A stretch of 64,000 nt of DNA, taken from Botryllus schlosseri. Lineage: Eukaryota. Numbering within the stretch: position 1 is the first letter of the stretch; every line of letters begins with the position of its first letter. The DNA lies in the NCBI GenBank assembly GCA_051294905.1, contig CM119371.1:10666001-10730000 (forward strand), written 5' to 3'. The notes beneath the pieces were generated by a model that saw only the letters and a program-made list of their open reading frames with translations, did not search any database and was not told the origin of the DNA. Of this stretch, positions 52,201 through 64,000 are shown one piece after another. The position numbers and the translations under genes were made by a program.

Positions 52201-55200
52201 GATAATAATTTTTTTCGATAAGAACATTAGTATTTCATTAGTAAGAACATATGATTAGATAGTAGAACAACTGTTCTATATATCCCTCAGTTCTCATTGC
52301 AAACTAGCATTGGACAAAATCTGTCAAATCACAACGATTTTCATTGTCTCATCGCGAAATATCCACCGAACATGTTTCCATGAAAGTAGTGGTTTATTTT
52401 AATTCATGTAAAATGAATGAGGCGTACTTTTGGATTGCCAATTCCCCGTTATAACACTCCCGTCACGCTAGCTACTACAAGTCGATTCGACATCTTCCTA
52501 TCTTTTCATTGTATCGCAGTTTTGTGACGTTTTGAAATGATGAAAATATTAATAAACTGATACTTGTACTGATAGCTCGTGGTATTTTCCACAATATGTT
52601 TTGAACTAGGTATTGTATCCTGCAGCGCACTGCGTGCCGAAATCGAATAGTCACTGTAGGCTACTGTACAACTTTTGAGAGTGATGCCCTTTGTACATGG
52701 AAGATATTGTGAAGCTTTTTGGCCAAAATGATTAACTAAATATACTTGCATTTGAGAGTTACAAAATTAAATCGTCAGAATATTTCTTCATCGTATTATA
52801 AAGGATCATAGTGCTTAGTGTTGGTACCCATTCATATTAAAGTTAAGAGCTTGGTACAGTACTAAATTAAATCAGAGCTAAGATCTCTGCCATATTCTCA
52901 GTTGATTTCGTAGTCAAACAAATCAATAAAACAAAACCCAACAGAATTACCTTTCCCGTATTGTCAATCGCAGAGTAGAATTCGGGATGTGCACACTGTA
53001 CAGTGTACATTGATCTCGAACCAAATGCCAGGAGCGTATGAGCCCGTAGGCCTTACCCGATGGTTGATATAACAACATAGATTGGATCCCGCAAATAGCC
53101 CATACAATTATACAGTCTAATAGTGAAGTCCCAACCCGAAACCGGACATCAACCACTTGCCCATCGTTTTTTACTACAGTCCTTAAAAGAGGGGGCGTCA
53201 GACCAAGGCCATTTTTGAATGGGGGCGCTGGAGAAAAAATATTAAGAACCACTGCCATACACGGATAGAGATAGTTGGCGATGCCATACAGAGTCGAACA
53301 TATATAGTGTACAATATATACTGGAATATATCAGATCGACTTTTAGAACCATATATCACCAGTTTATGCCGTTCATATACACGTAGGGGAGATGTGCTAG
53401 CCAACCAACTTTTCTTGCTGTCTACTATAATCTAAGCTACAGCCAGTCAAAGAAGAATGTTTTTGGTCGCCACCTTAGATATATAGAATAAAATATGAAG
53501 TCAAATTTTGGCAGAAAATGATGTTTCGACTTAGGCTACAAGTTACACATTGGCGGTTACATCATATTGTCGTAAATCGACATTTGACTTCAAAATCGCT
53601 GGCCATTGCGATAAAATACCACATGTCATTATTACACGCAGTCTCGCTGCTTGTAGGCGTGTTCCTGTGGAAGCATGATTAATTAGTCCAACTATTTCGC
53701 TTGATTGAGCTACGTTATTATTGACCCCACGCTATAAATTCTTCAATTGAATTGAAGAAATTTGACTCAAGGATTGTATTGAATAAGAAAAGCATGTGAC
53801 ATCATATATCCTGATAAAAGCCCTCCACTCCTCACCAGAAATGATTGTAACTTTGTTTGTGTTGAAGGTTACAAATAAAAATGTATCGAAATCTCTTTTC
53901 TACTACCAAAAAAGAAAACAATTGCCACAGACACCATAACTCGCGCAGCATGCATCTGTAAACACATTCACAGAGTCTTATCATGGGATTATGATAAATG
54001 ATTTTTCAAGTATTTTCGGTCCCAATATGTCGTCGGTACCACATCTATTATTTTGCTGCCATCTCATGTTTATGTCGGTCCGTGGTATAAAAATTCCCAC
54101 CCTGTACACTGTTGTTATCCATATGATGAAAAATGATGATATTAATAATAATTCGTGATCTGATCGCTATTGCGAGAGGTTGAATAAGTAAAACTTCGTA
54201 CAGAGGATCGAGATACGAAAACGGTCAAAATCATGAATATGTCGAATTCATTTTGGGAGATATCCATCCAAACACCTTCTTTATTGTGTATATTATCAAA
54301 ACATTGTGGCTCAGCCATTTAGTAAGAACGCAAAAGAACCGCCTATCCCTCACCCATGCTATAGGAATAACAAGACTCATACTCATAATAAATTAATATT
54401 TACTTCTTCGACAATGGAAATGCGTCAAACTCAATCAAGTTGTATCTTCTAGTCGATTTCGTCTATGCTGCGAGCAAACGAAATATCACGCCCCGCATCA
54501 TGTCTGGAACTAAAACAAAGTGGGGTCAGAAGTAGCGGTATACATCAAATTCAATTGCCGGACGAGCATGTTCCAATCGAGGTAAGTTCAGCTTAATAGT
54601 GTGCTATTTCTGTAACTCCTTCAGAATCATATTCCTTTCGGTTTGAGATTTGAGAAATGTTGGGAACAATCTGCTGTCTCTGACATGCAATATACCTGAT
54701 AGGGATGGTGTGAACCTCTAAAAGGTTCAGGTTCGTGTGAACGCGAACATTTTTGCAAGGTTCTGTGTGAACGTGAACGTGAACCTCATGCTAATTCCAA
54801 CCCTACATCTCAGTGAAGTGATATATTAATGTATACACGATACCCAGCGATGACTCGGGCCGCATAATGCCACAATGCTGAAGTACATACTGGCTATTTG
54901 AACGTCGCCAAATGTATCAACTGTGACAATCAAATTATATTTCAATCGCATAAAATCAATATCTTCCGCCTCTTTGCCAACAATTTTGACAAAAACTTGC
55001 AAGGGAATATAAGCTTACGCCTTACCTGTCTAGGTCAGACCGGACAATGTAGTCGGCGTGTGAGTGTTGCTACACTGACATTGAGTGTAACACGGGTTTA
55101 TATATACTTACTAACAATATTACCCCATTAACAAGGTATACAGTAGAATCCAACACCCCAATCGCACGGATTTTGTTTTTATAAAACACTAAACATATGA

Positions 55201-58200
55201 AATCAAGATGAACCCCGTACGCTTGCTACATTTATTTTACATCAGACAACGATATCAATTTCATTGATTGATTGAATAAGCATCATTTGCTGACTACCAA
55301 CAGCTACAAGTAGTGTATTTCGCTCTTGATGTTTTTGATTGCAGGTCAAGCTCACGGCAGAGAGTCAGTAAATATTCACAAAAGTAAAGCTGATTATTTC
55401 GAGCAAACTTTTGTCACAAAGCAAGTACAGTTTTTGAGATAGGCAAGGCGCATGTTCGTTTAGTGTTGATTTTTTTTTGTATGCTGCCAGCGCCATTTAT
55501 AGCGTGGTCCGAAGGTGAAATGCAAAGAATTTCAACCAAAGATGTGATAATTGTGATATATGTGAAAAATTGTAATATATGAAAATGGTTCACGGTGCAG
55601 AACCTACCAAGGTTCGTTTGTGAACGTGAACCTCTAAATTTCAGAGGTTGACACACAGAAGGCCAACGTGAACCTCACGTTCACACCATCTCTAATATCT
55701 GACATATATAGGCTACCTACCGTACATTGCGTCTCGATGAAAAATAGATGACGTCGGCTAGAAAGCAAATTAAGTCAAATAAATTGTTTGAAACCTGTTC
55801 CTTATGCAATTCAGCTCCACGCGTTTCATAGCAGTTGCCAGAATTAGGCTGGACAAATCCAGTAGTTGAGAGAATCTAGAACTCATTATGACGACACAGC
55901 AGATTGAGTGATATGTAACGTTCAAAAATGTATCTTTTATGCGATCACAAGTAGATGATGCCAGCAGTTGTTGTTGTTTATTAAACAAAATGATGTGGCG
56001 CTTGTCGCCTTACGGCTTTTTGCACCACGGACAAAGACATAATGTAAAGTGTGAAGGATACGAGGATGTCGTATGAACTAATGACGGATATCAGAATGGA
56101 ACAAAAACGATCAAACAACAGAATAGCCTAAAACACCGAAGTTACAAATAGCGGTTACACTATAAAACAAATTCAACTACGAACGGAATTATACGAGAGT
56201 CAACCAGTAAATCAGTAATACAAAAATTAACTTTCAATTGCGCACATTTATCGATATGAAATTTCCGATGAAAATCAGAACTTGAATATAGCTTTCAATA
56301 CAACATCCATTGTAGCAGTATATTTATTAAACTCGAATACTTTTCGGGTGCCTCTTTTCAAGAGTTATCGGCACACTAAAGGGATTTAAACATATTTAAA
56401 AGCAAAACCAAAAAGGCAAAGTATGACGCAACAATCGAAATCACAGACCACGAAATTCGCATTGTACCAATGGCAACAATAACAAACTATGAAGTATACG
56501 GACATACGGTACTATAGTAGCAGCACAATTTGTAAATAAACAATTACACGCACGGAACCGTGACTATTACAATGACTATTACAAGAATGCCAATTACGTG
56601 GATGCTAAGGGCGGCTCATTTCTGAATATTTTTGTTCATTTTTGCAAAATTGAAGAAAGCACGACCTCTGAGGAATGCGAATCCGGTACACAAGGTATCA
56701 GATCGGCCGAAGCGTCATTTTAAAGTGTCATCTACTATAACCTAAGGTTATTGTCTGGCCATCACTATGTTGGGAGTATACTAAAAATCATTAGGACGTT
56801 TTTTTTTCTTTCTGCAAACTATAAGTCACCGGTAGTGCTATAATACATACACGCACGGTCGGTGCGACCGAATAACTGATATATCGCTATCTGTATTTCG
56901 AGTGACTTAGTCTTCCACGCAGTGGTGGCCTTTAGGGTGGGCGAGGTGGGTGGTCGCCCCTCCCCTTGTCGAAGGCCCCCCTCTTTGGTTTTAGCGCTTT
57001 TCTCAAAGGTTATAGCGAATAGACATATAAATCCGTGTACCAATCAAGAAGATGATTCTGTTCAGATGGGTCAATCATCAAATATCTGCATTTGTTAGTT
57101 TTGATGCAGTATGTCCTTGTAACCATGCAATAATAGATATGACCTAATCCAGCGCCTGGCTCAAATCTTGGCGTGATGTGCTGGCTTATTACTAATGTCA
57201 GCCGACACCTTTCCAGATTAGTGTGGTATATTTAGCCTGCAGCATTTGCAATTGTATCGCTATTCAATTTACGAGTGCTCCAAAGCCATGCAGTTGATTA
57301 AACACTGCATTTGCGACACCAATGGACGTTGGTTCGAATCCCGGTTCTGACCGACTTCTATGTGTCGGAGGTTTCTCTGGACTCCTCCTCGCCGACCGCA
57401 CTACTACGGTAGTGCACTGAAAAGCACAGAATGAAAATGAGCCGTGCTAAAAGTCGGCAGCAATGACCACGATGGGGACGCATGGGAGCGAGAGTGAATG
57501 AAGAATGACTGCGAGAGAGATTGAAGGACGTTCCCAAGCTTACAAAAAGCAAAGACCTCTGAACATTATGAAATTCGTGTCGCGGAGCACAAGGCCTAAA
57601 AAGGCGATAAGCTCCACTGTGTTGTGCACATTAATATATACATACATACATCTAGTCGTCTCACGAAATTTACATTCTCAACGAACACTTGAATCTGTAC
57701 AACGAATTTCGGTACAATTACTTAGAATATACCATACCATTTACATAAATATGTGCAACATCTGGATGGAATAATCCCAAAGCGATGCATGGAGCAGTCG
57801 TGCAATGTCACGGTTTTGTGACCATTGCATTCGTTATTCAGCATTCAGCTATCGATATAATGAAGTTGGCCCATTCCTGATACCGGAGTTTCGCAGCACC
57901 AGTCATATTGTTTAAATGATGCGTTCGATTATGACAGCAACTGCTAGGATGTACTGCAGCCCAAGAACACTATTGTCATGGTTGCAATGTCACGAATGCA
58001 GAATATTTTCGGTAATGACTCAAAATATTTTGCTATACCGAACATATTGCCGAGCTCAGATATGACTCCGCCAAAGTAACACATTAATAAACTGCTTAAC
58101 AGATATATAAATTTCATCTGAAATCGAACCTTTGTCGACTCCCTCTATTACAATAGTTTATCAAACTGAAGATGCGCATTCCCAATGTCTTAGTGGTTTA

Positions 58201-60598
58201 TGAGTGTATTCAATCGGAAAAAAGATGTTGCTAAAATATTGAGACCTCGTGCAATATTAGCCTATATCAATTTATCGGCCTGATAATTAAGTTTCCTGCT
58301 TAATAATGAAGCTATTTATTTGGTGGTTTAACATTTTTGCATGATTTAACTGGTCCGGCCCAGAGGCCACCAAAAGGTTTGAATCCGGACCGCGTTAGAC
58401 ACCATTGTTCCTATACCAGGGGTGTCAAACTCGTGCCGGTCAATCAACTGATTCCAGAATGTTACCTCCTGTATATGCTTTTCACTTGAATGCTCGATTA
58501 TCGAGCAGATATAGATAATACACATATCATAACGATTATATTCCAGGAAGTGCCAACACCTTTATTCGCGAACAATTATATTGGCATGAATACCATGATT
58601 CTCCGGTTGAATACAGTTAAGAGCCGATAAGACAGTGGCGCTAACGACGATATAAGTTGGCATATTTCTATATTCCCTTTGCTGTAGTCGTAATCAGCCT
58701 TTATTCCCGCGTGTGCGCTGTGAGGAATTCAAAATATTTAACTGTAAACGCGGGCGTAGGAGTTTAGATTATTATTATTAAATCGCAAGTCGGGTTTCTC
58801 GTCCAAAGTCCAGAGACTTATATATCGGATGACAAGTGACACAGCAGTGCGGTGTGGCCACTGGCCATAGATATTTGAATCGGATATTTGTGTAACTAAA
58901 TATATTTCCCTGTAAATTGCATATGACAGTTTTGCATTGGCGTTTGCACTTGTGTGAATCGCTACTTATTGGTCCATTTTGCCATAAAACTGTAAACTAA
59001 GTGCGTAAAGTTCAAGTTTTGCCTTCTCGAATTATATAGAGGGAAAACACAAGTATTTCCTGCAAAAAATCTGAACATTTGTTGCAAATGTGCTGTATAA
59101 TAATATAGGAATGTTTCAATCTACCCAAAATTGCTTTGCGGGCCGTATGTAAGACAACCCTACATACAGTTATAGCTTTTCATATAATGAAACTATACGT
59201 TATAATTACACACACCCTGGGGCCTGGTTCATCTTTTTATCATTCTTGAGTTGATGACATGGGCAAAGTTATCAATAAGGGGACTTTCCTCATAGAGCTT
59301 CAAAACAATGTCGTCTGAAAATGGTGTCAATCGATACCGGTGTCAATTGATTATAAATTAAGGTTACCATATTTCGTAAATGTGAAGAGAGAACACTTTG
59401 AAAATTATAAGACTTGCAATACCGGAGAAAAATCCTGAAAAAATGGTAAAAATAAAATAAAAGTTAACTTTCTGGCTAAACTACCGAAATATCGTTGGTT
59501 GACTAAAAATAATCATAATAAGGTCAGCTCTCCAGCTGCCCAACTCCCGAAATAGCCACCGGAGCGTTACTTCAGTGCTGATGAACTGTATCTCAGTCGA
59601 ATCGTGCCATATATTTTCAAAAAAGTAAAAAAAGAGGACAAATCCTCTTAAAAGAGGACGTATGGTAACCCTATGACAGACGAATTGTGACAGCCAATTG
59701 TTTTAAATCCAACGCTAGATATCGTGAGCTAGTTGGAAGTCAAAATGTCGACTTACGGGCAATCTGTATGTACCCTCAAATTTGTAAGTTTGTGTTTAAA
59801 TCGAAGCATGTATTCATGGCAACATTTAGGGTTTTATTTGTTCTATTTTCTCGACGGTTGCGACCAAACATCCTTCTTTGACTTGCAGTAGGTTAGATTA
59901 TATCACGCAGCAAGAAAATGTGGAAAATTGAAATTTTTGAGCGCATGTCTCATAGGTCCCCAGGTCGTGTTCCTTCGGACCCACTGGGTGGAAACCAATA
60001 ATTCGTTCAGGCAACAAATATTGAACGCCCATAAATATTTTTCAAAGCGCGGATATTCATGTATTTTGTGTGGTAGAAGGAGCTTGTATCAAAGTGTTGG
60101 GCTAGCAAAAGATGTGCTGTTATCGGCTGAAGATTTAATGGCCAGAGGTCATTTTGCAGTTTTCGATCCATCGGTACCACATCTCCCATACAATGTCATT
60201 ACTTGACTCATTATTCTCGTGAAGTTACGTGTCCCTGTTTATCGACCGCTGGCTCAATTATATTATTTTGCAAGGGTGATCTAGTAATTTGTTTTCTAGC
60301 GAGTACACGAGAAATCTCTAAATGTATACAAGAATTCATTATTTTAGTCAGTCGCAAGCACGATTAAAATGATGTATAGTTTCAGTCACGTTGCGTATAC
60401 CCGTTCTAAACTACCAAATACGACGTTGCATTGTTCAAGGATGTTGAAACATGATATATTTTTAGGTCTTCTGCGACATGGAAACTGACGAAGGCGGTTG
60501 GTCTCTGGTTGCGAGCATACATGAATCCGACATCAGTGCGAAATGTTCCTTTGATGATCGTTGGTCCAACTATGCACCAAATGCTGACACCTACAAAG
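43151..60598 (+). CDS. ITLN: Intelectin-family gene 2, 5' portion; predicted type II membrane protein (probably continues beyond window)
   Basis: Exons 43151-43211 (tentative), 51829-52001, 54453-54581 and 60466-60598 splice in frame: MNQQGESVYEAGYLDIYETT-IRNSPADV...KSRLKK-ILWLTCLLATLVFAVCVIALLAVLL-DRQT-SISS...RPASCLELKQSGVRSSGIHQI...IE-VFCDMETDEGGWSLVASIHESDISAKCSFDDRWS. Confidence 0.8.
43525..43730 (+). mobile_element. Second copy of the SINE (5' end diverged), tail interrupted by a hAT element
   Basis: ggaggtttatctaggctcttcctcgcca...cggcctggtgtaaatgacca...acaccatgaatacc is nearly identical to 40582-40742; the tail resumes as aacaaac after 46358. Confidence 0.85.
43731..46350. mobile_element. 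Non-autonomous hAT element with GCTCCG hexamer arrays
   Basis: TIR cagggctttggagc / gctccaaagccctg; perfect TSD CACAGAAC. Confidence 0.92.
43897..44901. mobile_element. Nested Buster-type MITE
   Basis: ctggggtgggcaacc ... ggttagccatcactg; TSD gtgtatat/gtctatat. Confidence 0.75.
46510..47790. mobile_element. hAT element with AAGTAG subterminal arrays
   Basis: TIR cagaggcggtca / tgaccacctctg; perfect TSD TCTAATAC. Confidence 0.92.
48974..49280. mobile_element. hAT Blackjack-like MITE
   Basis: taaggtaactata ... gtaacccta; TSD cattatta/cattattg; gaggac repeats. Confidence 0.8.
49336..51011. mobile_element. Kolobok-like non-autonomous DNA transposon
   Basis: TTAA TSD (49332-49335, 51012-51015); TIR ggccctaaggtgcagct...aaaatttt begins with RR, not the piggyBac CC. 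Confidence 0.82.
51492..51781. mobile_element. hAT (Tip100-like) MITE
   Basis: cagtggtggc ... gccaccactt; perfect TSD TATGGTAG; partial second copy at ~56919-57070. Confidence 0.85.
51829..52001 (+). CDS. Intelectin gene 2 exon: basic juxtamembrane stretch and TM helix
   Basis: tttcag|RNSPADVKSSDPKSSVLKRNKSKSRLKKILWLTCLLATLVFAVCVIALLAVLLDRQT|gtaatc; 25 uncharged residues after a Lys/Arg cluster. Confidence 0.82.
52255..53254. mobile_element. 5'-truncated copy of the 38957-39814 MITE family
   Basis: Shares tatatccct.agttctcattgcaaa..., aatatttcttcatcgtat.ataaagga and the ttaagaaccactg end. Confidence 0.75.
54453..54581 (+). CDS. ITLN: Intelectin gene 2 exon: start of fibrinogen-like domain
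   Basis: cttctag|SISSMLRANEISRPASCLELKQSGVRSSGIHQIQLPDEHVPIE|gtaagt; matches the PxSCxELK...SGxYxI FReD motif. Confidence 0.9.
54700..55694. mobile_element. hAT MITE with GTGAAC arrays
   Basis: TIR tagggatggtgtgaac / gttcacaccatctcta; TSD atacctga/atatctga. Confidence 0.88.
57280..57470 (+). mobile_element. Older diverged SINE copy
   Basis: B box ggttcgaatcc followed by cgacttc...ggaggtttctctggactcctcctcgcc...aagtcggcag, as in the 40480 SINE. Confidence 0.65.
59359..59673. mobile_element. hAT Blackjack-like MITE
   Basis: taaggttaccata / tatggtaacccta; body similar to 38260; TSD not preserved. Confidence 0.78.
59737..60187. repeat. Partial copy of the right half of the 62076-63036 element
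   Basis: aagtcaaaatgtcga ... gatccatcggtaccacatctccc is colinear with 62582-63035. Confidence 0.85.
60466..60598 (+). CDS. ITLN: Intelectin gene 2 exon: fibrinogen-like domain core
   Basis: ttttag|VFCDMETDEGGWSLVASIHESDISAKCSFDDRWSNYAPNADTYK-G|gtatat; intelectin signature GGWxLVASxHE...KC...DRWS. Confidence 0.95.
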
Positions 60599-61271
60599 GT
60601 ATATCGTATCTCTTTTGGCGTAGGATTTTCAAGGAGATAACCATGGAATATTTCATATCACCCTTTCAAAGCATATTCAGGTCTAAATACTATGGCTCAA
60701 TATGTCACTGCGCGTGCCTGCGGTAGTCATGTCTACATCTCGCGTGATGGCATAGGTAAAGTGCAATCATTATAAGCTGGTGGTTCTTAATCAGTGTTCC
60801 ACGGAACACTAGGGGTTCAGTGAGCCAATATCAGGGTGATTATCTACACTTATGGGGGGCTTGACCCCCCAGACCCCCCATCAGCCTGTACGTTTTTACG
60901 CTACTTATTACCGAGATTTCTTGTGCTATATAGGAACCCAGCTTATACCGCCTAAACCGCGCAAAGCGCAAACAATTCTATAATTCATGTTTGTATCGAT
61001 CAATATGAGAGGGAATTGAATATATCTTGCTATCAATTTTTTTAACCTGTCTGCTCACGTAGGCCTAATCAGAATTGCCGGTAGAGCTGAGTGGGTTGTC
61101 TTGGAAAATGTGGGACCGCAAATAATACTTAAACATATTAGAGCGGACCTGTTGGTATATTGACTTCGCTACATGATGTTGTTTAGTGATCTCCTGTCTG
61201 TTATGTCAAAATATATTGAAAGCGCCCAAACGACTAAACTATACCACGCACACGATTTCAATTAAACATTG

Positions 61272-61294
61272 TATATATATATATATATATATAT
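61272..61294. repeat. (TA)n microsatellite
   Basis: About 11 TA units. Confidence 0.9.
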
Positions 61295-62075
61295 CGAAGT
61301 TTTCGGTCAGCATAAGGGCAGTCCTTTTCGGCCAAGCTTATCCCGCTGCCGATCGTCCTGGCAAACGTCTTGTAGTCGCATGTTACATGGCCTAAAACTT
61401 CATATGTCTTGGTGCGTAGTGGCGCAGTGATGGCCGTCGTCCATATTCCCAATTCCATCCATCGTGCGTATTTTTTCTTGGAAGACGGGTACCCAATAAT
61501 CAAGATATTTGACACATGTAAATCGCTAACAGCGCGAAAAATGTTTTGAAAAAGTTGCATATATTTAAAAGATAATACTCTATTATTTATGGTAATTCAG
61601 AAAATAATTTTGGGCCCCTTCGAGCTTACCCCCTCCGATTTGGGGGTTTGAGGTGCGACAGATACGGTCCTGGATGTGATGTTACGTCGTGTGCAGTGGC
61701 GTGCGCAGATGAGTTGGAGCTCCGAAATATAAATTGCGTCCTTCGGAAAAAACAATCGTCTCCCAAATATTGATAAGCTCATCTGTAATAATGTAATTGG
61801 TATCTCGCTGTTGGGTTTCGACCGAACAATACGACACTTTCCAAGGTGAATCCTCACATTTCTGAACTCGTATATGTGTACGGTAGAAGTCAGACTGATT
61901 TGCGATAAATATTGTGGCAACCCAGGGTTTCCAGAATGTTATGTAGTTGCCGTTTGGAAATTATGTTGCGCGTGGTATGGCAGCAGACGGCGTGTTGAGA
62001 TTGTTGGGAGTTGGGAAGAGGGGGGATGAAGACGGATGCGAATGAGTATGTCTCTGTGTTTGCTGGCATGAAGTA

Positions 62076-63036
62076 GGGGAGATGTGGTACCGATGGATCA
62101 CTGGGACCGAAAATACTTGAAAATTCTCCATGATAATTCCATCATTACACTCCGGGAATTTGTCTACAATTACATGCTGACAGAATCTTTCCTCACATGC
62201 ACAAAAGTTCGACCTGCGTGAGTTATGGGGTCCGTGACGAATGATTTACGTTTTAGGGGGTGTAAAGTAAATTTGGATCGACATTTGTATTTTTCTATAT
62301 CACCTTTCAGACTAACAAACCCGCCATAATTTTTGATGTGAAGTATAGGACTTGTATCAGGGTATATAATGGCACATCTTTTTTGAATCAATACCATCCT
62401 CGAGTGGACTGTTTTCAAGTCAATTACAATATTTATGGGGTGGGGGACCTATGGTACCATAGCCAAATCAAACAAAATAAATGGACCAACTAATCACTTA
62501 ACAACAGAAACTCGCCTACATATATATAGGCTGTATATCATAGGTGCCTGTGGTATTTTATCGCTATTACGAGGTATTTGAAAGTCAAAATGTCGATTTT
62601 CGGGTAATATGCATGTGGCATTGATTTTGTAAGTTTAGTCATAAATCAAAACATGTTTTTATGCCAACATTTCAGTTGATATAATCTATTTTATTCTTGA
62701 AGGTCGCGACGAAACATTATTCATTGGCTTGCTGTAGCTTAGCTTATAGTGCACAACAAAACAACTTGACAAATTTGAGTTTTTGAGCGTATGTCTCATA
62801 GGTCCCATGGTCGTGTGCCTTTGGACCCACCGGGTGGGGACCGATGACACGTTCGAGCAACAAATTTTAAACGTTTATAAATATTTTTTGAGAAGGCGGA
62901 TATTCATGTAAATGTCTGCGATAGGTAGAGCTTGTATCGAAGTGTTGAGACAGCAAAAGATCTGCTATTCTCGGCTGAAGATTTGAAGGCTAGAGATCAT
63001 TTTGCAATTTTTGATCCATCGGTACCACATCTCCCC
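62076..63036. mobile_element. TA-flanked MITE (Tc1/mariner-pogo-like)
   Basis: Perfect 25-bp TIR ggggagatgtggtaccgatggatca / tgatccatcggtaccacatctcccc with TA on both sides. Confidence 0.88.
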
Positions 63037-63084
63037 TATTAGTAGTCGGTAGCAGCAGCATGGAGTAGTTGTAGGATATTTCGC

Positions 63085-63306
63085 GCCCCGCGTGACGAAA
63101 AGTTTCGAGTTTCGACAGATTTTGTCGAATGTTAATGTGCAATGAGAACTTGGGGATCATATATTAAATGTCCTTGCTGCACCCTCTACTGCGACCCCAT
63201 ACCTTCTCCTGAGCCCAGCGCCTTTTTATCGCCCCTTGAGCGTTTCCCCACCCTTCAAAATCCAAATCGGCCCTCAGGGCGCGCTGCGACCATGTAAAAA
63301 ACACTG
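63085..63306 (-). mobile_element. Left end of a 38957-family MITE, reverse orientation
   Basis: Reverse complement reads cagtgtttttaca...cgatttggattttgaag...aaacgctcaagggg...agttctcattgc. Confidence 0.7.
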
Positions 63307-64000
63307 GTGAACATGCTTCAACGCCAAAAGTGCTGCTATGAATAATATTACATTATTTATATATCATAAATATCGTAGTAAGTGTCAGTCGGATGCAGTA
63401 ATACCAGTGTTTATCAACCTTACCAACCTGCGGGACACTTTCTGATCCGAAAACCTCCGCGCAACATCAAATTTCACTGAGTCATGAAGACATATATCAA
63501 CTCAATACATACCCACTATAGATTACAAATGCCGAAAATGAACTGTGCATCCACATAGAGTTAATAGAACATAATCATGAAAATATGATTTTCACACAAA
63601 AAGAAAACATTATAATGAATATTTTCCTGAGAATTAGTGAGGCTTTTGCTGTCTTCTTCTAACTGCTAGTTCTGAAATGCGGAGCTTCAATTAAAATTGG
63701 GTCATCGTATTGCTCGGCCCAAATGCAACATCTGCGCGTCAACAAGCAAGTTCAGTAAAGTGGAGACGATAGTTCTTCTTCGTCTGGGGTTCACGTGGAC
63801 TCTTTTCTGGTGTTTTTTATTGCGCCAGGTCAATGAATAAATAATGAATGGGTCTCTCTAGTAGGCACGCTGATCAATGGTGAGAATCTGTTATTCTTGA
63901 TTCGAGCTTGTAGTCTGATATATGTGATATGTGGACGGGAAACACAATCGTTTTATTCTTTTTAGGCAGCCCATCGACGTGCTTCTGTATATTTGAATTT

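Noticed and set aside
56656..56694. Possible 39-nt exon of gene 2
   Set aside because: Weak acceptor (tgaag), and it would split the conserved PIE-VFCD fibrinogen motif.
60777..63306. Single composite hAT element
   Set aside because: Both ends look hAT-like, but the flanking 8-mers (attataag / gtgaacat) do not match.
63967..64000. Next exon of gene 2 after a strong polypyrimidine-AG
   Set aside because: The phase-1 translation GSPSTCFCIFEF lacks the expected WxNxxxFG intelectin motif, and the window ends.

Overview
AT-rich eukaryotic (animal) genomic DNA, not prokaryotic. GT-AG introns, a tRNA-derived SINE, many hAT MITEs and intelectin genes suggest a marine invertebrate chordate such as an ascidian (inference). 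Hand-splicing gives two tandem + strand intelectin (X-type lectin) family genes that the ORF track mostly misses. Gene 1: 3' part only, 12 exons, 12795-32702, 445 aa, ending ...ILIFYR*. It carries a 252-aa, 7-exon, N-glycosylation-rich domain inserted between the fibrinogen-like and carbohydrate-binding parts, and its ligand site is altered. Gene 2: 5' part only, exons 43151-60598. It looks like a type II membrane protein with a Tyr-motif cytoplasmic tail, a TM helix and then the fibrinogen-like domain, unlike secreted vertebrate intelectins. Introns and intergenic DNA are packed with nested transposons: a near-intact hAT/Buster element (2316-7307), over 15 TSD-flanked hAT MITEs, a Kolobok-like element, a TA-flanked MITE, a 664-bp foldback, SINEs and a Gypsy relic. 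Also present are a decayed 28S rRNA fragment and a cryptic 4-exon gene fragment inside a hAT element. All homology calls are from recalled family motifs; no searches were run.
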